A stretch of DNA of 47,241 nucleotides from the NCBI GenBank assembly GCA_025453655.1, contig JALOPX010000002.1:1-47241 (forward strand), in the 5' to 3' direction. Shown here in pieces: positions 1-9,141 of the stretch. The translations under genes were made by a program, and so were the position numbers. The DNA comes from Candidatus Krumholzibacteriia bacterium. Its GTDB lineage: Bacteria > Krumholzibacteriota > Krumholzibacteriia > Krumholzibacteriales > Krumholzibacteriaceae. The notes under the pieces are model-generated. The model did not search any database, was not told the DNA's origin, and saw only the letters and a program-made list of their open reading frames with translations. Position 1 is the first letter of the stretch. The number at the start of each line of letters is the position of its first letter.

Positions 1-847
1 TGACCGGGCTCGGAACGTCTCCGATGATCCCCGCCCTGACCCTCCGGGGCGAGGGGAAGGCGGCCGGTATGGAATCAAGAAGCCCGGCGGTGTAGGGATG
101 AAGCGGGTCGGAGAAGATTTCGCGGACCGGGGCGGATTCCACGATCCTGCCGAGGTACATCACGGAAACGCGTTCGCTTACGTGCTCGACCACCCCGAGA
201 TCGTGCGCGACGAAGAGGTAGGCGAGGCCCATGCTCTCCTGGATCTCCTTCATCAGGTTGATTATCTGCGCCTGGATGGAGACGTCGAGCGCAGAGACCG
301 GCTCGTCGGCCACGATGATGTCGGGTTCCACCGCGAGGGCCCTCGCTATCCCCACCCTCTGCCTCTGGCCGCCGGAGAATTCGTGCGGGTATCTCGATGC
401 GTGCCCGGGCGACAGCCCCACCCTCCCGAGCAGCGCCTGTACGCGCTCGTTGACCTCCCTTCCCTTCGCCAGATGGTGAATCCTGATCCCCTCCGCTATC
501 GTGCTCCCGATCGTGAGCCTCGGGTTGAGGGAGGAATAGGGATCCTGGAAGATCATCTGTATCTTCCTTCTCGCCCTCCTGAGCTCCTTCCCGCGGAGGG
601 AGAGGAAATCGACGCCGTCGATCTCCAGCGACCCTTCGTCGGGCTCCTCGAGCCTGAGGAGAATCCTCGCGAGCGTGGTCTTGCCGCACCCCGATTCCCC
701 CACGAGCCCGTGCGTTCGCCCCCTGTCCAGTACGAGATCGATCCCGTCCACCGCCTTCACGACGGCCCCGCGGCCCGGGAAGAGGCCGCCTGACGCCCTG
801 AACGATTTCCTTATGTTTTGAGCCCTCAGTATCTCGCTGTCATTCAT
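1..847 (-). CDS. Oligopeptide/dipeptide ABC transporter ATP-binding protein (OppF/DppF-like), 3' end cut by window edge
   Basis: Not in the ORF track because it runs off the edge. My translation of the minus strand from ATG at 845-847 gives MNDSEILRAQNIRKSF...[15 protein letters not shown] (Walker A)...FSGGQRQRVGIARAL (ABC signature)...IIVADEPVSALD (Walker B)...FVAHDL...PLHPYTAGLL (Opp C-terminal motif). Confidence 0.9.
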   Translation of the reverse strand, partial: MNDSEILRAQNIRKSFRASGGLFPGRGAVVKAVDGIDLVLDRGRTHGLVGESGCGKTTLARILLRLEEPDEGSLEIDGVDFLSLRGKELRRARRKIQMIFQDPYSSLNPRLTIGSTIAEGIRIHHLAKGREVNERVQALLGRVGLSPGHASRYPHEFSGGQRQRVGIARALAVEPDIIVADEPVSALDVSIQAQIINLMKEIQESMGLAYLFVAHDLGVVEHVSERVSVMYLGRIVESAPVREIFSDPLHPYTAGLLDSIPAAFPSPRRVRAGIIGDVPSPV

Positions 848-916
848 CGTCAGGACCTTTCATCGGTTCCCGCGCGTCCCGGCCCTTTCATGCCGCGGCC
901 GGGGCGGGTCGTGAAA

Positions 917-1894
917 TCATCTCCCGATCCCCTCGCGGAGCCAGCACCTCGACAGCCGGCCCGCCGCCGGCGAAAAGAGGGGAGGCTCCTCTATGAGGCA
1001 CTTCGGGATCCTCTTCGTGCAACGGTCGCTGAACCTGCAACCCGACGGCAGCCTCAGCGGATCGGGAACGTTTCCCGGAATGACGGGGAGGCGTTCGAGG
1101 CGTTCGCCGAGTTTCGGGATCGAGGCCATCAGGCCTTCCGTATACGGGTGCATCGGGTCTGAAAAGAGTGAATCGATCGGCGCCTCCTCGACGACCGCCC
1201 CCGCGTACATCACGACCACCCTGTCGGCCATCTGAGCGACCACGGCGAGGTCGTGCGTTATCAGAAGCACCGACATCCCCATTCTCTCCTTCAGGTCGAG
1301 AAGGAGCTCGATGATCTGGGCCTGTACCGAAACATCGAGCGCGGTGCTCGGCTCGTCGGCGATGAGTAGCCTCGGCTGGCAGCTCAGCGCCATCGCTATC
1401 ATCACCCTCTGCCTCATCCCCCCGCTCATCTGGTGGGGGTAATTGTCGTACCTCTTCTCCGGATCGGGGATCCTGACGAGCCTCAGCATCTCGACCGCCT
1501 TGAGGCGCGATTCCCTTCGCCCCATCTTCTGGTGAAGGGCTATCGTCTCGCGTATCTGCTCGCCGCACGTGAAAACCGGGTTGAGGCTGGTGAGCGGCTC
1601 CTGAAAGACTATCGAGATGTCGTTCCCCCGAACCCTGCGCATCTGTTTCTCCGGGAGCTTCATGAGATCCCTCCCGTCCATCATCACCGACCCCGCCGTG
1701 ATCCTCCCGGGCGGATACTGCACGAGCCGCATGATCGACAGGGCGGTCACGCTCTTGCCGCACCCCGACTCCCCCACCAGGCCGACCGTCTCGCCGGCCC
1801 CGATATCGAAGCCGACCCCGTCGACGGCTTTCGCCGCGCCCTCCGAGGTGACGAATTCCGTCGTCAGCCCCCTTATCTCGAGAAGCTTCTCCAT
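917..1894 (-). CDS. Oligopeptide/dipeptide ABC transporter ATP-binding protein (OppD/DppD-like)
   Basis: 325-aa ORF with Walker A GESGCGKS, signature MSGGMRQR, Walker [18 protein letters not shown] and the Opp-type C-terminal HPYTEGL...C..RC motif. Confidence 0.93.
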   Translation of the reverse strand: MEKLLEIRGLTTEFVTSEGAAKAVDGVGFDIGAGETVGLVGESGCGKSVTALSIMRLVQYPPGRITAGSVMMDGRDLMKLPEKQMRRVRGNDISIVFQEPLTSLNPVFTCGEQIRETIALHQKMGRRESRLKAVEMLRLVRIPDPEKRYDNYPHQMSGGMRQRVMIAMALSCQPRLLIADEPSTALDVSVQAQIIELLLDLKERMGMSVLLITHDLAVVAQMADRVVVMYAGAVVEEAPIDSLFSDPMHPYTEGLMASIPKLGERLERLPVIPGNVPDPLRLPSGCRFSDRCTKRIPKCLIEEPPLFSPAAGRLSRCWLREGIGR

Positions 1895-1906
1895 GATCCT
1901 TCCACA

Positions 1907-2779
1907 TCAGCCGAAATGAACGGGGTCGAACGATTCCTTGAGCCCGTCGCCCAGGAGGTTGTACCCGATCACCGTTATTATGATCGCGAGCCCGGGAAAG
2001 GTCGAGACCCACCACGCCCCGAGGAGCGCCTCCCGCCCCTCGAATACCATCCGGCCCCAGCTCGGCACCGGCTGGGGGACGCCGAGCCCCAGGAAACTCA
2101 GCGAGGCCTCGGTCAGTATGATCCCGCCGATCCGCAGGGTGGCGGAAATTATCATCACTGTCAACGTATTCGGAATCAGGTGCCTGAATATGATCCTGCG
2201 CCCGCCGGCTCCGAGCGATTCGGCGGCGGCCACGAAATCCTGCCGTCTCAGCGACAGTATCTGCCCCCTGACGAGCCTCGCCGTTGCCATCCAGCTCGTC
2301 GCCCCGAGAAGGATTATCACCAGGGGGATCGAGTTCGAAAAGAGGGCGATGCACGTCAGAAGCAGGAACAGCCTCGGGATGGCCATCAGCGCGTCGACGA
2401 AACGCATTATGACCGAGTCGACCCATCCGCCGGCGTAGCCGGCCGCGGCGCCGGCGAGAGCGCCGACGATCACCGATATCGTCACCGAGAGGAAACTTAT
2501 CGCGAGAGATATCCGCGAACCGTAGAGGACCCTCGCGAAAACGTCCCTCCCGAATTTGTCGGTGCCGAGCGGGTGGTCGCCCCCCGGGGCGTGGTGCCTC
2601 ATCTCGGGAAGGGAGCCCTGGCTGATCGGATCGTACGGGGTGAGCGCGGGCGCGAAGACGGCCATCAGGTAGAGCGCCGTCACGATGACGGCTCCCGCCA
2701 TACCGGTCCTGTTTTTCCGGAATCTTGCCCAGCCGCCCGACCAGCAGCTCCTGCACGGTTCCTGAAGCGCTCCGTCCAT
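1907..2779 (-). CDS. ABC transporter permease (OppC/DppC-like)
   Basis: 290-aa ORF with multiple hydrophobic helices. N-terminal W.RFRKN segment and EAA-type loop AAAESLGAGGRRIIFRHLIPN are typical of OppC-family permeases. Confidence 0.9.
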   Translation of the reverse strand: MDGALQEPCRSCWSGGWARFRKNRTGMAGAVIVTALYLMAVFAPALTPYDPISQGSLPEMRHHAPGGDHPLGTDKFGRDVFARVLYGSRISLAISFLSVTISVIVGALAGAAAGYAGGWVDSVIMRFVDALMAIPRLFLLLTCIALFSNSIPLVIILLGATSWMATARLVRGQILSLRRQDFVAAAESLGAGGRRIIFRHLIPNTLTVMIISATLRIGGIILTEASLSFLGLGVPQPVPSWGRMVFEGREALLGAWWVSTFPGLAIIITVIGYNLLGDGLKESFDPVHFG

Positions 2780-2861
2780 CCTTCGTAAAACCTCCGTCAG
2801 TCGAAGGACCGCCGGCCTCCCCGGCGCGTTTCCGGGGCCGGGAGCCGTCGGAGCGAGGCCG

Positions 2862-3839
2862 TCACCGGCCCGTCTCCTTCGACATTATCCGCGGATCGAG
2901 CACCGCGTACCCGGTGTCCGCCAGAAGATTCCCAAGTATGACCATCACCGCGACGACGAAATTCACCGCGAGAACCACGGGGTAATCCCTCGTATATATC
3001 GCCTCGACCATCAGCCCCCCCATGCCGGGCCAGGAGAATATCTTTTCCACTATGACCGCCCCCCCGAGCAGGAAGGGAAGGCTCATGCCGAGTATCGTCA
3101 CGACCGGGATCGCGGCGTTCCTGAAAGCGTGCTTGAGAAGGACGCTTCTCTCCGGAAGCCCCTTCGCCCTGGCGGTCCTTATGTAGTCCTCCCTGAGCAC
3201 GTCGATCATGCTGCCCCTCATGTACCTGGCGAGCCCGGCGGCCGATGCGACGCCGAGAACGAAAGCGGGGAGCACCAGGTGCCTGGCCCTGTCGAGGAAG
3301 AGGGGGATCCCCGACATCGAGGCCGAGTCCAGGGACTGCATGTGGGAGGAGGGCAGTATGCCGAGCTTCAGGGAGAAGAGCATTATCAGCATCAGGGCCA
3401 GCCAGAACGAGGGTATCGAATATACGAAGAGGGCGACGATCGTATTGAGCCTGTCGAAGGCGGAATACCTTCTCGCCGCCGACATCATCCCGAGCGCGAG
3501 GCCGAAGAGGACGTACAGCGCCATCGAAGCCACGGTGAGCCTGAGCGTGTTCGGTATCGTTTCGGCCAGTATCTCCCCGACCGGCCTGTTGTACCTGAAG
3601 CTGACGCCGAAATCGCCGCGGGCGAAACCGGCCGCCCAGATGAAATACTGTTCGATAACCGGCCTGTCCAGGCCGAGCTGCCCGCGCATCTTCATCACGG
3701 TCTCGGGGGATATGTCGGGGTGCTCGTATCGCGCCATCGGGTCTCCGGGCGCGAGATGAAGGAGGAAGAAGGTGATCGTGAGCACTATCCAGACGAGCAC
3801 CAGCGACTGAAGGATCCTCCTGAGAAGAAACGCCGCCAT
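2862..3839 (-). CDS. ABC transporter permease (OppB/DppB-like)
   Basis: The track ORF 2862..4217 has an Arg/Gly-rich N-terminal extension that overlaps the upstream gene. The real protein starts at the internal ATG 3837-3839 (MAAFLLRRILQSLVLVWIV...), the canonical OppB N-terminus. EAA loop is YIRTARAKGLPERSVLLKHAFRNA. The start overlaps the upstream stop as TAATG. Confidence 0.9.
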   Translation of the reverse strand: MAAFLLRRILQSLVLVWIVLTITFFLLHLAPGDPMARYEHPDISPETVMKMRGQLGLDRPVIEQYFIWAAGFARGDFGVSFRYNRPVGEILAETIPNTLRLTVASMALYVLFGLALGMMSAARRYSAFDRLNTIVALFVYSIPSFWLALMLIMLFSLKLGILPSSHMQSLDSASMSGIPLFLDRARHLVLPAFVLGVASAAGLARYMRGSMIDVLREDYIRTARAKGLPERSVLLKHAFRNAAIPVVTILGMSLPFLLGGAVIVEKIFSWPGMGGLMVEAIYTRDYPVVLAVNFVVAVMVILGNLLADTGYAVLDPRIMSKETGR

Positions 3840-4645
3840 TACCCGTTCCGCCTCCCCCCCGCGACCGCGGAGAATTCGAGGGCCTTGCTCCGCGCGAGCG
3901 ACGCGATGATCTCCCTGTCGGCATTCCCGTGGACGAACGGCTCGAAAAAGGCCCCGTACGCCTCCGCGAACGAAGCCTTCATGGCCTCCCTCATCTCCTC
4001 CCCCGTCGCCGCGGCTCCCCTTTCCGCCCGGACGCTGGTGACGAGGTCTTCGAGCCCGCCCCAGTCGCCCCTGAGATAGCTCGTTATCCTCTCCGAGCCG
4101 GGAGCGAGCAGGATCGATCCATGCTGGATGAACGCGGTCCGCGTCCTTCTCTGGGCGTTGCCGGCGATCTTCCTCCCGCGACAGACGATCTCGTGCCTGC
4201 TCGCCGACACGAGGCACGGCGAGGCCATCGCCCCGGATGACATGCCCGGTTTCCCGGACGCTATCTCCGCCTTTACGCCGATCGACCGCAGGGCCGCGAC
4301 GATCGCGCGCGATATCCCGATGAAGGTCTCCTGAAGCCCGCCATTGAATGAGGGGGATCCGGCCGGGGCGGCGACGCAGTATGTCAGCTCCGCCTCGTGA
4401 AGAAGGGCTCTTCCGCCCGTGATCCTGCGCACCAGGTCGATCCCGTCGCCGCGCAGTTTTTCCACGTCGAGTATCTTCAGCGGATCCTGGTGGTACCCGA
4501 TAGTGACGGCGGGAGGGTCGAAAGAATAAAGGCGGAGAAACGGCTCTCCGCCTTTATCCCCGACCATGGACAACAGGCGCTCGTCGACGGCCATGTTGAC
4601 CGCGCCCGACGACGGCCCGTCATCGATCAGAAACCATCTCTGCAT
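3839..4645 (-). CDS. Lipoate-protein ligase / octanoyltransferase family protein (BPL/LPL catalytic domain)
   Basis: 268 aa. Has N-terminal AVNMAVDERLL, RRITGGRALLH and RKIAGNAQRR (catalytic Lys region), typical of the LplA/LipM family. Sits directly downstream of the glycine-cleavage genes, whose H protein is lipoylated. Confidence 0.8.
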   Translation of the reverse strand: MQRWFLIDDGPSSGAVNMAVDERLLSMVGDKGGEPFLRLYSFDPPAVTIGYHQDPLKILDVEKLRGDGIDLVRRITGGRALLHEAELTYCVAAPAGSPSFNGGLQETFIGISRAIVAALRSIGVKAEIASGKPGMSSGAMASPCLVSASRHEIVCRGRKIAGNAQRRTRTAFIQHGSILLAPGSERITSYLRGDWGGLEDLVTSVRAERGAAATGEEMREAMKASFAEAYGAFFEPFVHGNADREIIASLARSKALEFSAVAGGRRNG

Positions 4646-4657
4646 CGGACCACCCTT

Positions 4658-4675
4658 CCCCGGGGCTTCCCGGGG
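4658..4675 (-). promoter_or_regulatory. GC-only 7-bp hairpin between gcvPB and the lipoate ligase gene (no U-tract)
   Basis: Plus strand CCCCGGG-GCTT-CCCGGGG, a perfect 7-bp stem with a 4-nt loop, in the 54-nt spacer. No T-run follows on the transcribed strand, so it is not a classical terminator. It could be an RNA stability or processing element. Confidence 0.25.
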
Positions 4676-4699
4676 CTTTCGATCATCGCGCGGGCCGGC

Positions 4700-6148
4700 T
4701 TATTCCCCGCAGCCGCCCGGCCCCGTCCAGCAAAGATCAGGGCATCTCGCCGCCGCCGCCTCGTCGAGCCGCCTGACCGGCGCGGTCACCGGGGCGTCGT
4801 GGAGGATCTGCGGATTCTCCCTCGCCTCTATGGATATCTTCTCCATGACCGACGCGAAATGGTCCAGCGTTTCCTTCTTCTCGGTCTCGACGGGCTCGAT
4901 CATCAGGGCCTCCTCGACGATCAGCGGGAAATAGACCGTCGGGGCGTGCAGCCCGTAATCGAGCAGTCTCTTCGCGACGTCGGTGGTCCTGACCCCGTAC
5001 GCCTTGAGGTTCGATCCCGAAGCCACGAACTCGTGCATGCAGGGCCCGGGGTATTTCAGGTCGTACCATTTGCTGACGAGGGTCATCAGGTAGTTCGCGT
5101 TTATGATCGCGTTCTCAGAGACGGCCCTGAGGCCCTCCGCCCCGCAGGAGCATATGTAGGCGTACGCCTTGACGAAGACGTTGAAATTTCCGTACCACGA
5201 ATGGACCCTGCCGATCGTCTTGTCGGAGACGTGCCGGAACGAGTACCCGCCTTCTTCGCGGATGACGCGCGGGACCGGCAGGAAGTCGGCCAGGTGCTCC
5301 CTGACCCCGACGGGCCCCGAGCCGGGGCCCCCGCCGCCGTGGGGCGTCGCGAAGGTCTTGTGAAGGTTCAGGTGCATGATGTCGATCCCTATCGTCCCCG
5401 GCCTCACTATCCCGAGAAGCGCGTTCATGTTCGCGCCGTCCATGTAGACGAGGGCCCCCGCGCGGTGCACGATCTCGACGATCCTCGCTATCTCCCTCTC
5501 GAAGAGGCCGAGCGTGTTGGGGAGGGTCAGCATGAAGACGGCCGTCGAGCCGTCGATCTCCTTCTCGAGGATCCCCGGATCGATCAGGCCCTTTTCGTTC
5601 GACGCGATCGTCTTCGGTGTGAATCCGCATATCGCGACGCTCGCCGGGTTGGTGCCGTGGGCGGAATCTGGCACGATCACGACCTTCCTGTCCTCCCCGC
5701 GGTCCCTGAAATAATCCCTCGCTATCATCATGCCGGTGAGCTCGCCGTGCGCGCCGGCGACCGGCTGCAGGCTGAAGGCGCTCATCCCCGTTATCTCGCA
5801 GAGGGCCGATTCGAGATTGTGCATCAGCTCCAGCGCGCCCTGCGCGTCGCGCTCGTCCTGCGCGGGATGAAGCCCGGTGAATCCACCGAGGCCGGCAATC
5901 TGCTCGTTTACGACGGGGTTGTACTTCATCGTGCAGCTTCCGAGGGGATACATCCCCTTGTCTATGTGGTAATTCTTCGATGCGAGCCCGACGTAATGCC
6001 TGATGAGGTCCTGCTCGCCGATCCTCGGCAGGCCTATCTCCCCCTTCCGGGCGGCCAGCGCGTCGATCTTCTCGTCGGGGAAATCGTTCTCCGGGATGTA
6101 ACGGCCGCTGATCCCCCCGGCCCCTTTTTCGAATATCGTGCCGCTCAT
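4700..6148 (-). CDS. gcvPB: Glycine dehydrogenase (decarboxylating) subunit 2
   Basis: 482 aa. Has GSCTMKYNP and the PLP-lysine region HLNLHKTFATPHGGGGPG. Its start overlaps the gcvPA stop (ATGA). Confidence 0.95.
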   Translation of the reverse strand: MSGTIFEKGAGGISGRYIPENDFPDEKIDALAARKGEIGLPRIGEQDLIRHYVGLASKNYHIDKGMYPLGSCTMKYNPVVNEQIAGLGGFTGLHPAQDERDAQGALELMHNLESALCEITGMSAFSLQPVAGAHGELTGMMIARDYFRDRGEDRKVVIVPDSAHGTNPASVAICGFTPKTIASNEKGLIDPGILEKEIDGSTAVFMLTLPNTLGLFEREIARIVEIVHRAGALVYMDGANMNALLGIVRPGTIGIDIMHLNLHKTFATPHGGGGPGSGPVGVREHLADFLPVPRVIREEGGYSFRHVSDKTIGRVHSWYGNFNVFVKAYAYICSCGAEGLRAVSENAIINANYLMTLVSKWYDLKYPGPCMHEFVASGSNLKAYGVRTTDVAKRLLDYGLHAPTVYFPLIVEEALMIEPVETEKKETLDHFASVMEKISIEARENPQILHDAPVTAPVRRLDEAAAARCPDLCWTGPGGCGE

Positions 6149-7500
6149 AGCGCGCCCCCCTTCCCCGCCGCGATGTCGCGGTATCTCTCTATCTCGGCGC
6201 GGGTGCGTTTCTCGGTGACGGCGACGAGGATCGCGTCCCCCCCGAGAAGCGGATAATCACCGGAAATCGGTATTCCGGCGAGTATACCCGCCCCTCTCGC
6301 CTCTTCGATGAAGCTCTCCGAGCTTCCCGGCATCCGCACCACGAACTCCTGGAAGAAATTTTCTCCGAACGGCAGGACGACCCCCTCCACTTCGGAGAGA
6401 AGCCTGTAGAGCGCGTGGCTCTTCGCGGCGCTCTGCCTCGCGACCTCCCTGAACCCGTCCTCCCCCATCGTTGAGAGATAAACCGCGGCCGAGAGGGCGC
6501 AGAGGCCCTCGTTCGTGCATATGTTGGACGTCGCCTTCTCGCGCCTGATATGCTGCTCGCGCGTCTGCAGGGTCATCACGTACCCGCGCTTCCCTTCGAT
6601 GTCGGTGGTTGCGCTGATAAGCCTGCCCGGGCACTTGCGGATGAGCTCGCTCCGCGTCGCCATGAAACCGAGGAGCGGCCCGCCGAAATTCTGCGGGATG
6701 CCGAGGGACTGCCCCTCCCCCACCGCTATGTCGGCGCCGTATTCCCCCGGCGGCGACAGAAGGGCGAGCGAAACCGGGTCGACGAGGGCGACGAGAAGGG
6801 CCCCCTTCGAGTGCGCCAGCTCCGAAAGGCCCGCCGCGTCCTCGATCATCCCGAAATAGTTCGGGCTCGCGACGACCAGTGCCGCCGCCTTCTCCGACAG
6901 AAGCTCCCCCGCCTTGTCGTGATCCATCGTGCCTTCGTCCGTCCACGGGATCTCCTCGATCCTGATCCCCCTGCCGGCGGCGTAGCTCTCCAGGACCGCC
7001 CTCACCCTGACCGACATGGCGGCCGGGACGAGGATCCGGTCCGCGCGCTTTATCGAGCACGCCATCAGCATCGCTTCGGCGAGGGCGGTGGCGGCGTCGT
7101 ACATCGACGCGTTGGCCGCGTCCATCGCGGTCAGCTTCGCTATCATCGACTGGTATTCGTAGATCGCCTGGAGGGTGCCCTGGCTGACCTCCGCCTGGTA
7201 CGGAGTGTACGAGGTGTAGAATTCGCTCCTCGACAGGACGTACCTCACGGTCGCCGGGATGAACCGGTCATAGATGCCGCCTCCGAGGAAACTGGCGGCG
7301 GAACCGGCCGGCCTGTTCCGCGAGGCCATGGCCCCGACGTGCGAGAGCACCTCCGACTCGCTCATAGGCCGGCCCAGTTTCAATCCGCCCTTCACCCTGA
7401 GGGCGGGGTCCACCGGCTCGAGCAGCTGTTCGAAGGAGGAGGCCCCGGCAACCCGGAGCATTTCCTTCCGATCGCTGTCGGTGTTCTGAATATAGCTCAT
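6145..7500 (-). CDS. gcvPA: Glycine dehydrogenase (decarboxylating) subunit 1
   Basis: Track ORF 6145..7524 begins at a TTG. An ATG at 7498-7500 gives MSYIQNTDSDRKEML..., the usual GcvPA N-terminus, preceded by GGAAGGA. Has conserved YTPYQAE and TREQHIRREKATSNICTN. Confidence 0.93.
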   Translation of the reverse strand: MSYIQNTDSDRKEMLRVAGASSFEQLLEPVDPALRVKGGLKLGRPMSESEVLSHVGAMASRNRPAGSAASFLGGGIYDRFIPATVRYVLSRSEFYTSYTPYQAEVSQGTLQAIYEYQSMIAKLTAMDAANASMYDAATALAEAMLMACSIKRADRILVPAAMSVRVRAVLESYAAGRGIRIEEIPWTDEGTMDHDKAGELLSEKAAALVVASPNYFGMIEDAAGLSELAHSKGALLVALVDPVSLALLSPPGEYGADIAVGEGQSLGIPQNFGGPLLGFMATRSELIRKCPGRLISATTDIEGKRGYVMTLQTREQHIRREKATSNICTNEGLCALSAAVYLSTMGEDGFREVARQSAAKSHALYRLLSEVEGVVLPFGENFFQEFVVRMPGSSESFIEEARGAGILAGIPISGDYPLLGGDAILVAVTEKRTRAEIERYRDIAAGKGGAL

Positions 7501-7540
7501 CTGCCCATCCTTCCCGATTTCCAAACCATCGCAGGACCTT

Positions 7541-7930
7541 CTATTCCCCGGCCTGCTCCCCGAGATATTCCTGATACTCCTCGTAGCTGAAGAGGACCTC
7601 GAGCTCGCCCGGGTCCTCCATCTTTATCTTTATGAACCAGCCGTCGGCGAAGGGGCTCTTGTTCACCGTCTCGTGATCCTCGATGATCTCCTCGTTGATT
7701 TCGATGATCGTCCCGCTCACCGGCGAAAAAAGCTCCGCGACCGTCTTCACGGCCTCGATGGTCCCTATCGGATCCATCTGCTGAACCTCGGTGTCGACCT
7801 CGGGCAGTTCAACATAAACAATGTCGCCCAGCTCTCCCGCCGCGTACTCGCTTATCCCGATGACCGCCACGTCGTCCTCGGCGTAGACCCACTCGTGCTC
7901 TTTCGTGAATCTGCATTCTTCAGGAACCAT
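7541..7930 (-). CDS. gcvH: Glycine cleavage system H protein
   Basis: 129 aa. Has HEWV and the lipoyl-lysine motif IEAVKTVAELFSPVSG. Confidence 0.95.
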   Translation of the reverse strand: MVPEECRFTKEHEWVYAEDDVAVIGISEYAAGELGDIVYVELPEVDTEVQQMDPIGTIEAVKTVAELFSPVSGTIIEINEEIIEDHETVNKSPFADGWFIKIKMEDPGELEVLFSYEEYQEYLGEQAGE

Positions 7931-7955
7931 TTCGTACCATCCTTTCGCTCATGAT

Positions 7956-9065
7956 CTAATCGTTGACGGAACCTTTATAGAACGGCATTTCGGCCGCGAC
8001 GGCCGGCACCGATTTTCCCCTTATCCCGATCGCGAGGTCCGCGGCGTCGGCCGGAACATCGCTTTTCACGAGAGCCATCGCAAGCGATCTTTGCAGGGTC
8101 GGCGAAAAGGTCCCGGACGTCACGCAGCCCGCCATCTCGTCCTTGTAATATACGGGGCAACCCTGCCTCGGTATCCCCCTCTCGGTCAGTTCCAGCCCGA
8201 TGAGCCTTCTCGCCGGGCCGGCCTCCTTCTCGGCGAGCAGGGCGGCGCGCCCGAGAAAATCGTCCTTCTTCAGCTTGACGACCCAGGAAAGCCCCGCCTC
8301 GAGCGGGGAGGTTTCCTCGTCAATCTCGTGGCCGTAGAGGCAGTAGCAGGGCTCGAAGCGCAGGGTGTCCCTCGCTCCGAGGCCTATCGGGGCGGCGCCG
8401 AGGCTCTTCCCGTCCGCGAGGAGCCGCCGCCAGACTTCGGCCGTCATGGCGGTCGGAAGATATATCTCGTACCCGAGCTCGCCGGTATAACCCGTGCGCG
8501 ACAGGATGATCTCCTCGCCCTCGTGCTCGAAGGTCAGGAAGGTGTAGTAGGGCATCTCCTTCAGCCTGCCGCCGAGGGGGGCGAAGATCGCGTTTCCGAG
8601 AAGAAGCTCCCTCGACGCGGGCCCCTGGACGGCGATCTGCCCGATATGCGGGGACAGATTGGCGATCTCGACGTCCCCCTTGCGTATCCTGAGCAGGTGC
8701 TCGTGGATCTTCGTCGCGTTGACCGCGTTGACGACGAAGAGAATCCGTTCCGGGGAGAACCTGTAGACGAGCAGGTCGTCCAGCACGCGGCCCTCCGCGT
8801 TGCAGCAGACCGTGTAGCAGATCTGCCCGTCATTCATCCTGCCCACGTTGTTGGTCACGGCGTAATCGGCGAATTTCAGGGCGTCGGAGCCGGTCAGTTC
8901 GATCTCGCCCATGTGGCTTACGTCGAAAAGGCCGACCTTGCGCCGCACCCTCTCGTGCTCGGCGACGATGCCCTCGAACGAAACGGGCATGAGGTATCCC
9001 GCGAACTCGACGATGCGCCCGCCGCGCTCGACGTGCGAATCGTATAAAGGCGTTTTCATCGACAT
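7956..9065 (-). CDS. gcvT: Glycine cleavage system aminomethyltransferase T
   Basis: 369 aa. Has TPLYDSH, GLFDVSHMGE and GYTGELGYEI. AAGGAG lies upstream of the ATG. Confidence 0.95.
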   Translation of the reverse strand: MSMKTPLYDSHVERGGRIVEFAGYLMPVSFEGIVAEHERVRRKVGLFDVSHMGEIELTGSDALKFADYAVTNNVGRMNDGQICYTVCCNAEGRVLDDLLVYRFSPERILFVVNAVNATKIHEHLLRIRKGDVEIANLSPHIGQIAVQGPASRELLLGNAIFAPLGGRLKEMPYYTFLTFEHEGEEIILSRTGYTGELGYEIYLPTAMTAEVWRRLLADGKSLGAAPIGLGARDTLRFEPCYCLYGHEIDEETSPLEAGLSWVVKLKKDDFLGRAALLAEKEAGPARRLIGLELTERGIPRQGCPVYYKDEMAGCVTSGTFSPTLQRSLAMALVKSDVPADAADLAIGIRGKSVPAVAAEMPFYKGSVND

Positions 9066-9141
9066 GTGCCGCTCCTTGCTGAATGTACAGGCGATCCGGC
9101 CCGCCCGTCCCTTCCCCGGCCTCCCCGCGCGCGGGCCCGGT

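Noticed and set aside
3840-4217. N-terminal extensions of track ORFs (2862-4217, 22340-23848, 16894-18363, 26255-26638, 30046-30393)
   Set aside because: The extensions overlap the upstream genes and are compositionally junk. Internal ATGs with good SD sequences reproduce the canonical N-termini of OppB, Dut, the AsnRS-like protein, S15 and DUF503.
9066-9141. Glycine riboswitch upstream of gcvT
   Set aside because: Only 76 nt separate the uvrA stop from the gcvT ATG. I cannot find the conserved glycine-aptamer core elements in it, only a GC palindrome (CCCGCGCGCGGG) and the SD. An Infernal scan would settle this.
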